In this document: piece after piece, positions 49,496 through 59,510 of the stretch
Numbering within the stretch: the stretch's first letter is position 1
Layout: every line of letters starts with the position of its first letter
Assembly (NCBI GenBank): GCA_040384385.1
Contig: JAZKJJ010000007.1
Coordinates: 38,707-102,706, forward strand
Reading direction: 5' to 3'
Source: Pseudomonadota bacterium
Lineage (GTDB): Bacteria; Pseudomonadota; Gammaproteobacteria; Pseudomonadales; Moraxellaceae
Length of the DNA: 64,000 nucleotides
Position numbers and translations under genes: made by a program
The notes under the pieces: generated by a model
Databases searched by the model: none
Told to the model about the DNA's origin: nothing
The model's input: only the letters and a program-made list of their open reading frames with translations

Positions 49496-52018
49496 ATGCG
49501 TCCAACGAGTCCACTCAAATTTGCCGCACTGAGCTTGGTGCTGGCCCTCACGGCTTGTGGTTTCGGTAGCGACAGCTCGTCATCTGGTTCGGGCGCCCCG
49601 CGTGTTGGCAGCTACGATGCTCGCATCGTGCGTACGCAAATGGGCATCCCGCATATCACCGCCAACGATTTTGGCAGCCTCGGCTACGGTCAGGCCTATG
49701 CCTTCGCCGAAGACAATCTCTGCGTCATGATGGAAGATTTCGTCACCAGCCGTGGCGAGCGCGCCCGCTATTTTGGGGCCGATGGCAGCTATCGCATCGA
49801 GCCTAATGGCTCCGTGGCCGACAATGTCTCCAGTGACTTTTTCTGGAAATTCATGCTCGACGATGCCGCCTGGCAGCGCACGCGCAACAAGACCGAGCCG
49901 CAGTTCCGCGAGCTCGTGACCGGCTATGTCGCCGGCTTCAATCGATACATCGCCGAGCTCAAGGCGGGTCAGCATCCCGGCCGTCATGCCGCCTGCGCCA
50001 AGGGTGACTGGCTGCAGCCGATTGTCGATGCCGATATGTATCGTCGCTTTGTGCGGCTTTCGATTCTGGCCAGCAGCTCGGTCTTTGTCAGCGAGATCGC
50101 CAATGCCCAGCCGCCGGCTATCCCGCCAAGCGCCAGTGCTGCGCGCAGCAATGCCAAGCCAGCTCAACGTCTAGCCTCGCTGAATGCAAGAAAGCTAGCG
50201 TTGGCTCAGGCTCCCGGCCCGTTTGCCGATCTGCAGCAGAAGGATCACTTCGGCAGCAATATGTACGCCATCGGCAAGAACGGCAGCGCCAGCGGCCAGC
50301 CGATTGTTTTTGGTAATCCGCATTTCCCGTGGCGCGGCACCGAGCGCCTCTATATTTCGCATAACACCATCCCTGGCAAGCTCGACATCATGGGCTCGTC
50401 GCTCTATGGCGTGCCGGCAGTGCTGATCGGCTTCAATGACAAAGTGGCGTGGAGCCACACGGTGTCCACGGCATACCGCTTCACGCTGTATGAGCTGAAA
50501 GTGAATCCGGCGAATCCGACGCAGTATTTTTACGAAGGTGGCCTGCGTGACATGACTGCCGTGCCGCTGAAGGTGCAGGTCAAGCAGGCAGATGGCAGCT
50601 TGCAGGAGATGACGCGCACGCTCTACAAAAGCCATTTCGGCCCAATGATCACGCTGTCTGCCTCGGGCGTGCCTATCCTGCCGTGGGCGAACGGCCTGGC
50701 GTATACCCTGCGCGATGCCAATTACGAAAACGACCGTCTGATCAATCAGTTCGGGCGCTGGAATACCGCGAAGAGCCTCGACGAATTCATCAGCCTGCAC
50801 AAATCGATTCTGGGCGTGCCCTGGGTCAACACCGTGGCCAGCGGCCCCAATGGCCGCGCCTATTATGGCGATGTCACCGTAGTGCCGAATGTCACCGATG
50901 CCCAGGTCACCAGTTGCAGTACATCACCCCTGGTGCCGGTGATCGGTCAAGTCGCACCCGGCTTGCCGTTGCTCGATGGCTCGCGTGCCGCTTGCGAGTG
51001 GAACACCGATGCCGATGCGCCAGCACCGGGCATCTTCGGCGGCAAAAACTTGCCCACGCTGGTGCGCGACGACTATGTGCATAACTGCAACGACAGCTAC
51101 TGGCTGACCAATCCGAAGGCACCGATCACCGGCTTCAATCGCATCATCGGCGATGAGGGCACGGAGCGTTCACTGCGCACTCGCCTGTGCATTCTGCAGG
51201 CCGAGCGTCGCCTTGCCGGTACGGACGGTCGCTCCGGAAACATGTTCACGATTCCGGCGTTGCAAGACATCGTGCTGTCCAGCCAGATCTACTCGGTCGA
51301 GCTTGCCCGTAAGCAGGTGCTCGATAGCTTGTGCACGCAGCCTGGCTTGATCGGCAGTGCTGGCCCGGTGGCTGCAGCCGATCAAGCGGCAGCCTGCGCG
51401 GTACTGACGAAGTGGGATGGCAAGGACAGTCTGACCTCGGTGGGTGGTCATGTCTGGCGCGAATTCTTCCGTCGCGTAGTCGGCAATCCAGGCGGGTTGC
51501 CCGTGGGTTTGCCGGCCACGCCGCTGACCGGCATCTGGCAGAATGCCTTTTCGGCCAGCGATCCAGTGAATACGCCAAACACCCTCAACACCAAAACGCT
51601 GCAGGTGCAGCAGGCCTTTGCCGATGGCATTGCGGCGGTTAAAGCGAGCGGCATTCCGTTCGACCGTCCGCTGGGTCAGATTCAGTATTCCGGCGTGCAG
51701 AAAAAATCACGCATTCCGATCTTCGGCGGCGAGGGCAGTGAGGGTGCGTTCACGATTGTCTCTACCCAAGGCGAGAACCTCACTAAAGATGGCTACGGCA
51801 TTGTTTATGGCAACAGCTATATTCAGACGGTAACTTGGGATGCCAAAGGTCAACCACAAGCCGAGGGATTCATTACCTACTCGCAATCTACGGATCCCGC
51901 CAATCCGCACTTTGATGATTTCACTAAAGCATACAGTCAGAAGCAGTGGCAGAAGTTTCCTTTCAGCGCTGCTGACATCAGCCAGCAAAAAATTTCCGAA
52001 TTACGTTTGCAGCAATAA
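49496..52018 (+). CDS. Ntn-hydrolase acylase (PvdQ/QuiP/penicillin acylase family), lipoprotein
   Basis: LTACG lipobox; GIPHI, G-SNMYAIG nucleophile Ser, NPHFPW, NCNDSYWL. Confidence 0.9.
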   Translation: MRPTSPLKFAALSLVLALTACGFGSDSSSSGSGAPRVGSYDARIVRTQMGIPHITANDFGSLGYGQAYAFAEDNLCVMMEDFVTSRGERARYFGADGSYRIEPNGSVADNVSSDFFWKFMLDDAAWQRTRNKTEPQFRELVTGYVAGFNRYIAELKAGQHPGRHAACAKGDWLQPIVDADMYRRFVRLSILASSSVFVSEIANAQPPAIPPSASAARSNAKPAQRLASLNARKLALAQAPGPFADLQQKDHFGSNMYAIGKNGSASGQPIVFGNPHFPWRGTERLYISHNTIPGKLDIMGSSLYGVPAVLIGFNDKVAWSHTVSTAYRFTLYELKVNPANPTQYFYEGGLRDMTAVPLKVQVKQADGSLQEMTRTLYKSHFGPMITLSASGVPILPWANGLAYTLRDANYENDRLINQFGRWNTAKSLDEFISLHKSILGVPWVNTVASGPNGRAYYGDVTVVPNVTDAQVTSCSTSPLVPVIGQVAPGLPLLDGSRAACEWNTDADAPAPGIFGGKNLPTLVRDDYVHNCNDSYWLTNPKAPITGFNRIIGDEGTERSLRTRLCILQAERRLAGTDGRSGNMFTIPALQDIVLSSQIYSVELARKQVLDSLCTQPGLIGSAGPVAAADQAAACAVLTKWDGKDSLTSVGGHVWREFFRRVVGNPGGLPVGLPATPLTGIWQNAFSASDPVNTPNTLNTKTLQVQQAFADGIAAVKASGIPFDRPLGQIQYSGVQKKSRIPIFGGEGSEGAFTIVSTQGENLTKDGYGIVYGNSYIQTVTWDAKGQPQAEGFITYSQSTDPANPHFDDFTKAYSQKQWQKFPFSAADISQQKISELRLQQ

Positions 52019-52032
52019 CTCGAGAACCTGAT

Positions 52033-53424
52033 ATGACATCTATCCAGCAAGCCTTTGATGCTCAGCGCGACACTGCTCTGCGTCTCCGCCAATCGACTTT
52101 GGCCGAGCGCAAAGCGAAGATTCTGAAACTGCGCGATGCCATGCTCAAGTATCAGGAGGAAATCGTGCAGGCAGGCTGGGCCGACTTCCGCAAGCCGGCC
52201 GCTGAGGTGGATCTCACCGAAGTGCTGCCGGTGGTGGCCGAAGCCAACGACGCCATGCGCAATCTGAAGGCGTGGATGAAGCCGCAGGGCGTCTGGCCAT
52301 CACGCATGATGATTGGCACCAAGGGCTACATGCAGTACGAGCCCAAGGGTCGCTGCCTAATTGTGTCGCCGTGGAACTACCCGGTGAACCTCAGCCTGGG
52401 CCCGCTGGTCTCCGCCATTGCCGCTGGCAACACCGCCATTATTAAGCCATCGGAGATGACTCCGCATGCGGCGGCCATCATCAGCAAGATCGTGCGTGAA
52501 GTGTTTGATCCCAGCGAAGTCACGGTCATTGAGGGCGATGCTCCGGTCGCGCAGGCGCTGCTTGAGCTGCCCTTCGATCACATCTTTTTCACCGGCTCGC
52601 CGGCCATTGGCAAGGTCGTCATGGCGGCGGCGGCCAAGCACCTGACCAGCGTCACGCTGGAACTGGGTGGTAAATCACCGACCATCGTTGATGAAACGGC
52701 GGATATCGAGCTGGCGGCGAAAAACATCCTCTGGGCCAAGTTCACCAACAATGGCCAGACCTGCATCGCCCCCGACCATATTTATGTACACGAAAAGGTA
52801 CGCGGCGCCTTCGTCGACGCCTGTGCGCGGGTGCTCAAAGATGTCTATGGCGCCAACCCGCAGGCCAGTGACTCGCTGGCACGCGTCGTCAACTCGCGCC
52901 ATACCGGCCGTATTAATGCCTTACTGGAAGATGCCGTTGCCCGTGGCGCGAAAGTGCTTGCTGGCGGCCAGACCGATGTTGGCGATAGCTACATCGCACC
53001 GACCTTGCTCGGCGATATCCCAGCCGATGCCCTGATCATGCGCGAAGAGATTTTCGGGCCGTTGTTGCCGGTAATTTCATTCACCAATCTGGATGAGGTG
53101 GTTGCGCGAATCAACGCTGATGCCAAACCGCTGGCTCTGTATGTCTGGAGTCGCAACGAAGCCAACATCAAGCGTGTCATGCAGCAGACCACCTCTGGCG
53201 GTGCTTGCATCAACCATTGCGTGGTGCAGTTCCTGCACGGCAACCTGCCGTTCGGTGGTGTTAACAACTCCGGCATCGGCAGTGCTCATGGCCATCATGG
53301 CTTCAAGGCTTTCTCGCACGAGCGTGCCGTGGTACGCACGCGAATCATGCTGGCGAAAATGTTCTTCCCACCCTACACACCGTTTACGCGCAAGCTGATT
53401 TCGATTTTTATGAAGACGGTTTAA
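52033..53424 (+). CDS. Aldehyde dehydrogenase (class 3/coniferyl-type)
   Basis: PWNYP, KPSE, FTGS, LELGGKSP, GQTCIAPD, EEIFGP. Confidence 0.94.
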   Translation: MTSIQQAFDAQRDTALRLRQSTLAERKAKILKLRDAMLKYQEEIVQAGWADFRKPAAEVDLTEVLPVVAEANDAMRNLKAWMKPQGVWPSRMMIGTKGYMQYEPKGRCLIVSPWNYPVNLSLGPLVSAIAAGNTAIIKPSEMTPHAAAIISKIVREVFDPSEVTVIEGDAPVAQALLELPFDHIFFTGSPAIGKVVMAAAAKHLTSVTLELGGKSPTIVDETADIELAAKNILWAKFTNNGQTCIAPDHIYVHEKVRGAFVDACARVLKDVYGANPQASDSLARVVNSRHTGRINALLEDAVARGAKVLAGGQTDVGDSYIAPTLLGDIPADALIMREEIFGPLLPVISFTNLDEVVARINADAKPLALYVWSRNEANIKRVMQQTTSGGACINHCVVQFLHGNLPFGGVNNSGIGSAHGHHGFKAFSHERAVVRTRIMLAKMFFPPYTPFTRKLISIFMKTV

Positions 53425-53996
53425 AGCCCGAACTGGCGACCTGCACCGAGCAGTGTCGCCACGCCCAGCACGGCAAAAATGGCCGCTGCAACGCCATGAA
53501 TCCAGCGCGTGGGCAGGGTGTTGGCAATGCGATCGCCGAGCAGTACCGCTGGCACATTGGCCAGCATCATGCCTGCGGTCGTACCCAGCACAACCGCCAG
53601 CAAAGACTGATACTGCGCGGCCAGCATGATGGTAGCGATCTGTGTTTTGTCACCGATTTCGGCGAGAAAAAAGGTAGTCAGCGTGGTGGCGAAAATGCCG
53701 AAGCGGCTCAGTCTTGCCTCTGCGTCGTCGATCTTGTCCGGCACCAGAATCCAGGCAGCCATGGCTAGGAACGAAATGCCTAGGCCATAGCGTAATGACT
53801 CTGGCGAGAGTTGCGTGGTGATCCATGCGCCCAGAGCGCCGGCCAGCCCGTGGTTGAGCAGTGTCGCGACCAGAATGCCAAGGATGATCGGCACAGGCTT
53901 GCGAAAGCGGGCCGCCAGAATGAAGGCCAGCAACTGAGTTTTGTCGCCGATTTCAGCGAGTGCAACAATCCCGGTTGAAACGAAAAACGCTTCCAT
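53421..53996 (-). CDS. TMEM165/GDT1 (UPF0016) Mn2+/Ca2+ transporter
   Basis: Two AEIGDKTQ motifs. Confidence 0.93.
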   Translation of the reverse strand: MEAFFVSTGIVALAEIGDKTQLLAFILAARFRKPVPIILGILVATLLNHGLAGALGAWITTQLSPESLRYGLGISFLAMAAWILVPDKIDDAEARLSRFGIFATTLTTFFLAEIGDKTQIATIMLAAQYQSLLAVVLGTTAGMMLANVPAVLLGDRIANTLPTRWIHGVAAAIFAVLGVATLLGAGRQFGL

Positions 53997-54016
53997 ATCT
54001 GAACCTTGAGTGAGGG

Positions 54017-54487
54017 CTAACCTCTGTCTCGCATGATTCGGCCCTTCTCCCGGGCCCAGTCACGACTCTTCTCGGCATCGCGCTTATCATGAAGCTGCTT
54101 GCCTTTCACCACCGCAATTTCGAGCTTGGCGCGACCGCCGCTCCAGTACATCGCGAGCGGCACGCAGGTGTGGCCCTTCTGCTGGATATCACCAATCAGA
54201 TTGTTGATTTCGCGACGATTCAGCAGCAGCTTGCGCGTGCGCGTTGGGTCGGCAACCACATGCGTCGATGTCGCCAACAGCGGCGTGATGTGAATGCCGA
54301 TGACCCAGGCTTCGTTGTTCTTCAACAGAATGTAGGCATCGGTGAGGTTGCACTTGCCGGCGCGAAGCGACTTCACTTCCCAGCCGAGCAGGCAAAGACC
54401 GGCCTCGAATTTATCTTCAATGAAAAACTCGTGACGGGCGCGGCGGTTTTGGGCGATGGTCGCAGAGGACCCTTTGGACTGACTCAT
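54017..54487 (-). CDS. smpB: SsrA-binding protein
   Basis: [37 protein letters not shown]. Confidence 0.97.
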   Translation of the reverse strand: MSQSKGSSATIAQNRRARHEFFIEDKFEAGLCLLGWEVKSLRAGKCNLTDAYILLKNNEAWVIGIHITPLLATSTHVVADPTRTRKLLLNRREINNLIGDIQQKGHTCVPLAMYWSGGRAKLEIAVVKGKQLHDKRDAEKSRDWAREKGRIMRDRG

Positions 54488-54579
54488 GGCGCAGGATTAT
54501 AGGCGGATTGGCGAGCTTGTATACGCGCCATTCAGTCCCGACAATAGCCACTGGTTTCAAAATTTCTGGATGAATTGAA

Positions 54580-55728
54580 ATGCGTGTGCAAAGTGAATCC
54601 CCGGCCTGGCAACGTGGCGGCCAATTGTTGGCGCTGATGCTGGCCCTGAGCGTGATATTTATTCCTGCCACGGGGTTTTCCTGGCCACTCGGGCTACTCG
54701 GTGCTGTCTTTGTCGGCCTGCCGCTGTTGTTGGCCGAACAGGCGATGGCAGTTCGAGCCAAGCAGCCGGGTATCGCCGGTATGCAGGCGCTAACGCGAGA
54801 GGCCGATGCCGCGCGTGGCTGGCGCTTCCCTGCCTATGTTGGTTTGGCTCTGAGCCTTGTCGTCAGCGCTGCGCTGGCATTGACCAGCGGCTTGCTGCTT
54901 ACGCAGGTCTTGCAGACTCTCTGGCAACCGTTGGTTAGTGCTGTTGGCCTCACAGCGAATGCCGTGCCGGCCGGTGCCGCATTATGGTCGGTGCTTACGC
55001 TGCTGTCGTTGCTGATTGCCCTGGGGCGCAGCTTCCGCACGGTGCCGATGTGGCTCTGGCTGACAGTGACCTTGATTCTGCTGGTCTTGCTAGTCCTGCA
55101 AATGCTTAATCACCAAACCATTCCACTGGTCACTGACTTGAGCCTGATGTCCGGCCTGCCCAACACCGGCACAGCCAGTGCCAGTTTGCTGGCTGGCGCG
55201 TTGGTGGCAGGCGGCGGCATGGGTACCGCGGCGACCTTGCGCCTGCACTATGGTGAGTTCAAGTCGGCGTTTGCGCTGCCGGCCATGGTTGCTCTCTTTA
55301 TTGTGGCGGTGTTTGCCTTGCACCACGCTGACTGGTGCGTGGCGGCTGCCTTGCTCGGAGTTGTGGTGACTCAGCTCGGTTTGAGCGCCAGCTTGGCGCC
55401 CGCGCTGGCCGAAGCCCGCCAGCGCCATCTGCCGGCACTTGCGGCGCCTATGGCGGTGATCATCCCGGTCACGCTGCTGGCCGAATCGCTGTGGCTCTGG
55501 GGCGATGTTAGCTCGCTGAGCCTACTGGTGCAGCTGATGGCTGTCGCCTTGGCGCTGAATCTGCTGGTGTTGTCGCTCTATGCGGGCTGGATCATGAAGA
55601 TCAGTCATCTGCGCAAGGCCGTGAGTCTGCCGTCTGAGCTGCTTTATAACCTTCTGCGTATTGCCCTGCGCTGGCTCGCACCGCTGACCTTGCTGCTGGC
55701 GCTGGCCAAGGCTTGGGGCCTGCTTTGA
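54580..55728 (+). CDS. Highly divergent NSS (sodium:neurotransmitter symporter)-like membrane protein
   Basis: Remnants GLPLLLAEQ, LYAGW, LRWLAP; position next to smpB; TM1 GNxWRFP signature absent. Confidence 0.6.
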   Translation: MRVQSESPAWQRGGQLLALMLALSVIFIPATGFSWPLGLLGAVFVGLPLLLAEQAMAVRAKQPGIAGMQALTREADAARGWRFPAYVGLALSLVVSAALALTSGLLLTQVLQTLWQPLVSAVGLTANAVPAGAALWSVLTLLSLLIALGRSFRTVPMWLWLTVTLILLVLLVLQMLNHQTIPLVTDLSLMSGLPNTGTASASLLAGALVAGGGMGTAATLRLHYGEFKSAFALPAMVALFIVAVFALHHADWCVAAALLGVVVTQLGLSASLAPALAEARQRHLPALAAPMAVIIPVTLLAESLWLWGDVSSLSLLVQLMAVALALNLLVLSLYAGWIMKISHLRKAVSLPSELLYNLLRIALRWLAPLTLLLALAKAWGLL

Positions 55729-56027
55729 TGCGCATCGAGGTGGCCTATGCGCGCCCGGATCAGCAGTATTTGTTGAGTCTGGACTTGCCCGCAGGCAGCA
55801 CACTCAGTGATGCTCTGGCGGCGGCTGGGCTGGCGGAGCATTGCCCCGAGCTGGCTGGCGGAGAGTTTGTGGTTGGCATCTGGGGGCAGATTGAGAAGTC
55901 GCCAAAGACGCGGCTGTTACAGGCGGGGGATCGTGTCGAGGTGTATCGGCCACTGACGGTGGATCCGATGGTGGCTCGCAAGGCGCGTGCTGACAAAGTT
56001 CGTCAGCAGCGCGTTGGCGATGCCTGA
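55728..56027 (+). CDS. ratB: RnfH/RatB ubiquitin-like protein
   Basis: IEVAYA, VGIWG, GDRVEVYRPLTVDP...R. Confidence 0.9.
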   Translation: MRIEVAYARPDQQYLLSLDLPAGSTLSDALAAAGLAEHCPELAGGEFVVGIWGQIEKSPKTRLLQAGDRVEVYRPLTVDPMVARKARADKVRQQRVGDA

Positions 56028-56034
56028 GGTCTGC

Positions 56035-56568
56035 TCAGGGCTGGATTTCCGGTGGCAAAGCGATGGTGTCAGGCTGGCTGGTTGGCGCCGATGGTCGAGC
56101 ATCCGCCGGCGTGATCTTGTTTTGTTCCTGATTAGCCTGCTCGCGTACCGTGGTGTCGTTGGCGCGCACGGCGCTGTCTTTGCTGCCAGGCAGTGAGGCT
56201 GTTTTCGCGGGCAAGGCGCTGTCAGACTCTGTGCGTTCAACCACACCTGCGGAAAAAATCACGCTGAAGCGGCGATGCGGTACGGCGGCAATTTTGCTTT
56301 CAAGCGCATAAGTGCCGGGAATGAACTTGTAGGCGTAATCCCAGCGGCTCGGGTTCAGTGTGTCAGTCACCAGCGGCGTGCCCAGCACATAGCGCACTTG
56401 TGCCGGCGTCATGCCAGTCTTGATTTGATCGGCCTGCTCCTGCGTCACGGTCTGACCCTGCACAACATCGATGCGGTAGGCGCGGAACAGATTTTTGCAG
56501 CCGGAGGTGGCTAGTGTTGTTGTTGCCACCGCAGCAAGCATCACGGCGGTCATCAGCTTTCTTTGCAT
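56035..56568 (-). CDS. bamE: Outer membrane assembly lipoprotein BamE
   Basis: TSGC lipobox; YRIDVVQG, GMTPAQVRYVLGTP, RWDY. Confidence 0.94.
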   Translation of the reverse strand: MQRKLMTAVMLAAVATTTLATSGCKNLFRAYRIDVVQGQTVTQEQADQIKTGMTPAQVRYVLGTPLVTDTLNPSRWDYAYKFIPGTYALESKIAAVPHRRFSVIFSAGVVERTESDSALPAKTASLPGSKDSAVRANDTTVREQANQEQNKITPADARPSAPTSQPDTIALPPEIQP

Positions 56569-56679
56569 GGGCCGGCGGCTCCTGGTCAGTCATCTCGGTT
56601 AAAAGCCGGTCAGCGGGAGTGGTCCCATCGCCGGTCAGGTCGCGCTATCATACGGCATCGCCCGCTCAGAGATGAATCC

Positions 56680-57114
56680 ATGTCGATCAGCAATAATGAA
56701 TTGCGCAAAGCCGGTCTTAAGATCACGTTGCCGCGTGTGCGCATTCTCGAACTGCTCGAAAGTTCGCCGATTCACCACCTCAGTGCCGAAGATGTCTATA
56801 AGGCATTGCTCGCGGCTGGCGAAGATGTCGGTCTGGCCACGGTCTATCGCGTACTGACCCAGTTCGAGGCCGCCGGCATCGTTGAGCGCCATCATTTCGA
56901 GGGCGGTCATTCGGTTTTTGAGCTAAAGGATGATGAGCATCACGATCACATCGTCTGCACCGATTGCGGCCGCGTCTGTGAGTTTCATGACGATGTCATC
57001 GAGGCCAGACAAATTGCCATGGCCGAGTCGCTGGGCTTTAGCCTGACCGGGCATTCGCTGCATCTTTATGGCAGCTGCCTGAAGGGTGGTTGTTCCGGCA
57101 AACCGGGCATCTGA
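56680..57114 (+). CDS. fur: Ferric uptake regulator
   Basis: LRKAGLKITLPR, GLATVYRVLTQFE, HHDHIVC. Confidence 0.96.
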   Translation: MSISNNELRKAGLKITLPRVRILELLESSPIHHLSAEDVYKALLAAGEDVGLATVYRVLTQFEAAGIVERHHFEGGHSVFELKDDEHHDHIVCTDCGRVCEFHDDVIEARQIAMAESLGFSLTGHSLHLYGSCLKGGCSGKPGI

Positions 57115-57126
57115 CTGCTCCAGCTT

Positions 57127-58782
57127 TCAATTGACCAGCATCATCTCGGCGTGTTTGCGGGTTTCATCGGTGATGGTGAGGCCGCCTGACATGCGCGCAA
57201 TCTCTTCGATGCGCTCTGCCGGCGACAGCAGCACCACGGTGCTGTGCGTATTGCCTTCGTGCACACGCTTCTCCACGCGCAAATGCTGATGCCCGCGTGC
57301 CGCGACTTGCGGCTGATGCGTGATGCTGAATACCTGTGCGTGCTCGCCCAGTGCCTTTAACAGGCGCCCGACCACTTCCGCAATGCCGCCGCCAATGCCG
57401 ACATCGACCTCGTCAAAAACCATGACTGGAACCGGTGAGTGGCGTGCGTGCACGACCTGAATCGCCAGCGACAGGCGCGACAGCTCGCCGCCGGAGGCGA
57501 CCTTGCCCAGCGGCCGCAGCGGTTGGCCGGGGTTGGCGCTGAACAGAAACTCGATGTCATCCAGCCCATGTGCGGATGGCTTGGCGAGCGCGGTCAGCGT
57601 TAACTCCAGGCGGGCATTGCCCATGCCCAATCCTTGCAGGAAGCCCTGAATCTGTTCGCAGAAAGTGCTGGCAGCTTGCTGGCGGCCGCTGCGTAGCTGT
57701 TCCGCAAGCTGCATGAAACTCTGCTTGGCAAGACGGGCGTCGTTGGCCAGTTGCGCCAGGTCCTGCGCCTCGCGCAAGGCCTGGCATTCCTGATTAAGCT
57801 GCTCGGCCACCATCACCAGCTCATGCGGTGTGACGCGATGCTTGCGTGCGAGCTGATGGCAATGGCTCAGCCGCTGCTCCAGCTGCTCCAGCTCACCGGG
57901 ACTGGCTTCGAGGTCATCGAGAAAGTGCCGCAGGCCAGGACTGGCCTCTTCAAGCTGAATCAATGCGCCGCGCAGCAGCTCGACCGTGCTGCTCAAGGCC
58001 GGCGCGCGATGGGCATGGCTTTCCAGTGTTTTCACGGCGCGTTGCAGCAGTCGGGAGGCAGTGTCGCCATCGCCTTCGGTCATTAGCGTTAGCGCCAACT
58101 CGCCATCTTGTTGCAAGCTGCCGAGGTGCGCCAAGGTGTCGTGGCGCTGTTCAATGGCTTCATATTCGCCGGCGTTGAGGCCCAGCTGCTCCAGTTCGCG
58201 CAACAGGTGCTCGACGATTTCCAGGCGCGCACTTTGCGCTGCACCGGCACTTTCCGCTTTTTGCAGCTTTTCGGCAGTGCTTTGCCAGTGGCGATAATGC
58301 TGTGCAGCATCCTGTGCCAGCGTTTGCAGGTCGGCATAGCTGTCGAGCATCTGGCGATGACTGTCTTTGCGCAGCAAGGTCTGGTGCTCGTGCTGGCTGT
58401 GAATGTCGATGAGCAGCTCGCCGATGTCACGCAGGTCGCTGAGCGTGGCCGGGCGACCATTGATGTAGGCGCGTGAGCGGCCATCGCGGGTGAAGGTGCG
58501 GCGCAGCGTGCAGTCTTCGCCTTCATCGAGCTCGCGGGCCTGCAGCCAAGCCACAGCCTCAGGCAGATGGCCGACGATAAAAAGCGCGCTGATATCGGCC
58601 CGCTCAGCACCAGCACGCACCACGCCGCCATCGGCACGGTCGCCAAGGCACAGGCCGAGGGCATCCATGAGGATGGATTTACCGGCGCCGGTTTCACCGG
58701 TGATCACGGAAAACCCTTTGGAGAACTCCAGTTCCAGGTTTTCCACGATGGCAAATTGACTGATTTTGAGCAGGCTCAGCAT
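57127..58782 (-). CDS. recN: DNA repair protein RecN
   Basis: TGETGAGKS, ASGGELSR, FDEVDVGIGG, ITHQPQVAA. Confidence 0.96.
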   Translation of the reverse strand: MLSLLKISQFAIVENLELEFSKGFSVITGETGAGKSILMDALGLCLGDRADGGVVRAGAERADISALFIVGHLPEAVAWLQARELDEGEDCTLRRTFTRDGRSRAYINGRPATLSDLRDIGELLIDIHSQHEHQTLLRKDSHRQMLDSYADLQTLAQDAAQHYRHWQSTAEKLQKAESAGAAQSARLEIVEHLLRELEQLGLNAGEYEAIEQRHDTLAHLGSLQQDGELALTLMTEGDGDTASRLLQRAVKTLESHAHRAPALSSTVELLRGALIQLEEASPGLRHFLDDLEASPGELEQLEQRLSHCHQLARKHRVTPHELVMVAEQLNQECQALREAQDLAQLANDARLAKQSFMQLAEQLRSGRQQAASTFCEQIQGFLQGLGMGNARLELTLTALAKPSAHGLDDIEFLFSANPGQPLRPLGKVASGGELSRLSLAIQVVHARHSPVPVMVFDEVDVGIGGGIAEVVGRLLKALGEHAQVFSITHQPQVAARGHQHLRVEKRVHEGNTHSTVVLLSPAERIEEIARMSGGLTITDETRKHAEMMLVN

Positions 58783-58878
58783 AGTGGCATTCCGCTAAAT
58801 ACAGACCGTAATCATAGGTCAGGCCGGCGACCTTCGCGATGTCTCGCCTAGGAGTTTTTTCCAGATGCCGATTCAGCC

Positions 58879-58908
58879 CTTGAAATTCCGGCGGGCAATC
58901 TCCACTTG
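58879..58908 (+). promoter_or_regulatory. Sigma32 promoter of grpE
   Basis: CTTGAAA-N14-CTCCACTT. Confidence 0.7.
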
Positions 58909-58955
58909 AGGGGCATGGCTTTAAAAGCGCGCTGCAAGCGCATGAGGAGAGAAAA

Positions 58956-59501
58956 ATGACTGATTCAACCCCCGAGAATGATGTTCAGCCAACATCGGAA
59001 GAGACTGCCAGTGTTGAACAGACTGTCGAAGCCGTGAGTGAAGTTGATTGGGCTGCCCGCGTTGCAGATTTGGAGCTGCAACTGCGCGACCAACAGCTGC
59101 GTGCCCAGGCGGAAGTGCAGAACATCCAACGTCGCGCCGAGCGTGATGTCACCAACGCGCACAAATTCGCGCTGGAGAAGTTCGCCGGCAGCCTGCTGGA
59201 AGTGGTGGACAATCTTGAGCGTGCGCTCGGCTCCGTGCCATCCGAAGAGCCGGCGGTGAAGGCTTTGCAGGAGGGCGTGAGCCTGACCCACAAGCTGTTC
59301 AGCGACACGCTCAAGCGTTTCGCCGTGGAGTCGGTGGATCCGCTCGGTGCGCTGTTTGATCCCGAGCAGCATCAGGCCGTGTCCATGCAGCCATCGACCA
59401 CGGCCGAGCCGAACACGGTCACTGCCGTGTTCCAGAAGGGCTACACCTTGTCTGGCCGCCTCTTGCGCCCTGCCATGGTGGTTGTGGCAACAGCAGGTTA
59501 A
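58956..59501 (+). CDS. grpE: Nucleotide exchange factor GrpE
   Basis: LRAQAEVQNIQRR, DNLERAL, FDPEQHQAV, QKGY...RPAMVVV. Confidence 0.96.
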   Translation: MTDSTPENDVQPTSEETASVEQTVEAVSEVDWAARVADLELQLRDQQLRAQAEVQNIQRRAERDVTNAHKFALEKFAGSLLEVVDNLERALGSVPSEEPAVKALQEGVSLTHKLFSDTLKRFAVESVDPLGALFDPEQHQAVSMQPSTTAEPNTVTAVFQKGYTLSGRLLRPAMVVVATAG

Positions 59502-59510
59502 GCATTCGTT

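Noticed and set aside
53997-54060. yybP-ykoY Mn riboswitch expected upstream of TMEM165
   Set aside because: Only 20 nt separate it from the smpB stop, and the GGGGAGUA/L3 motifs are absent.
58789-58804. LexA SOS box upstream of recN
   Set aside because: Only a half site (TACAG); the matching CTG is missing at the required spacing.
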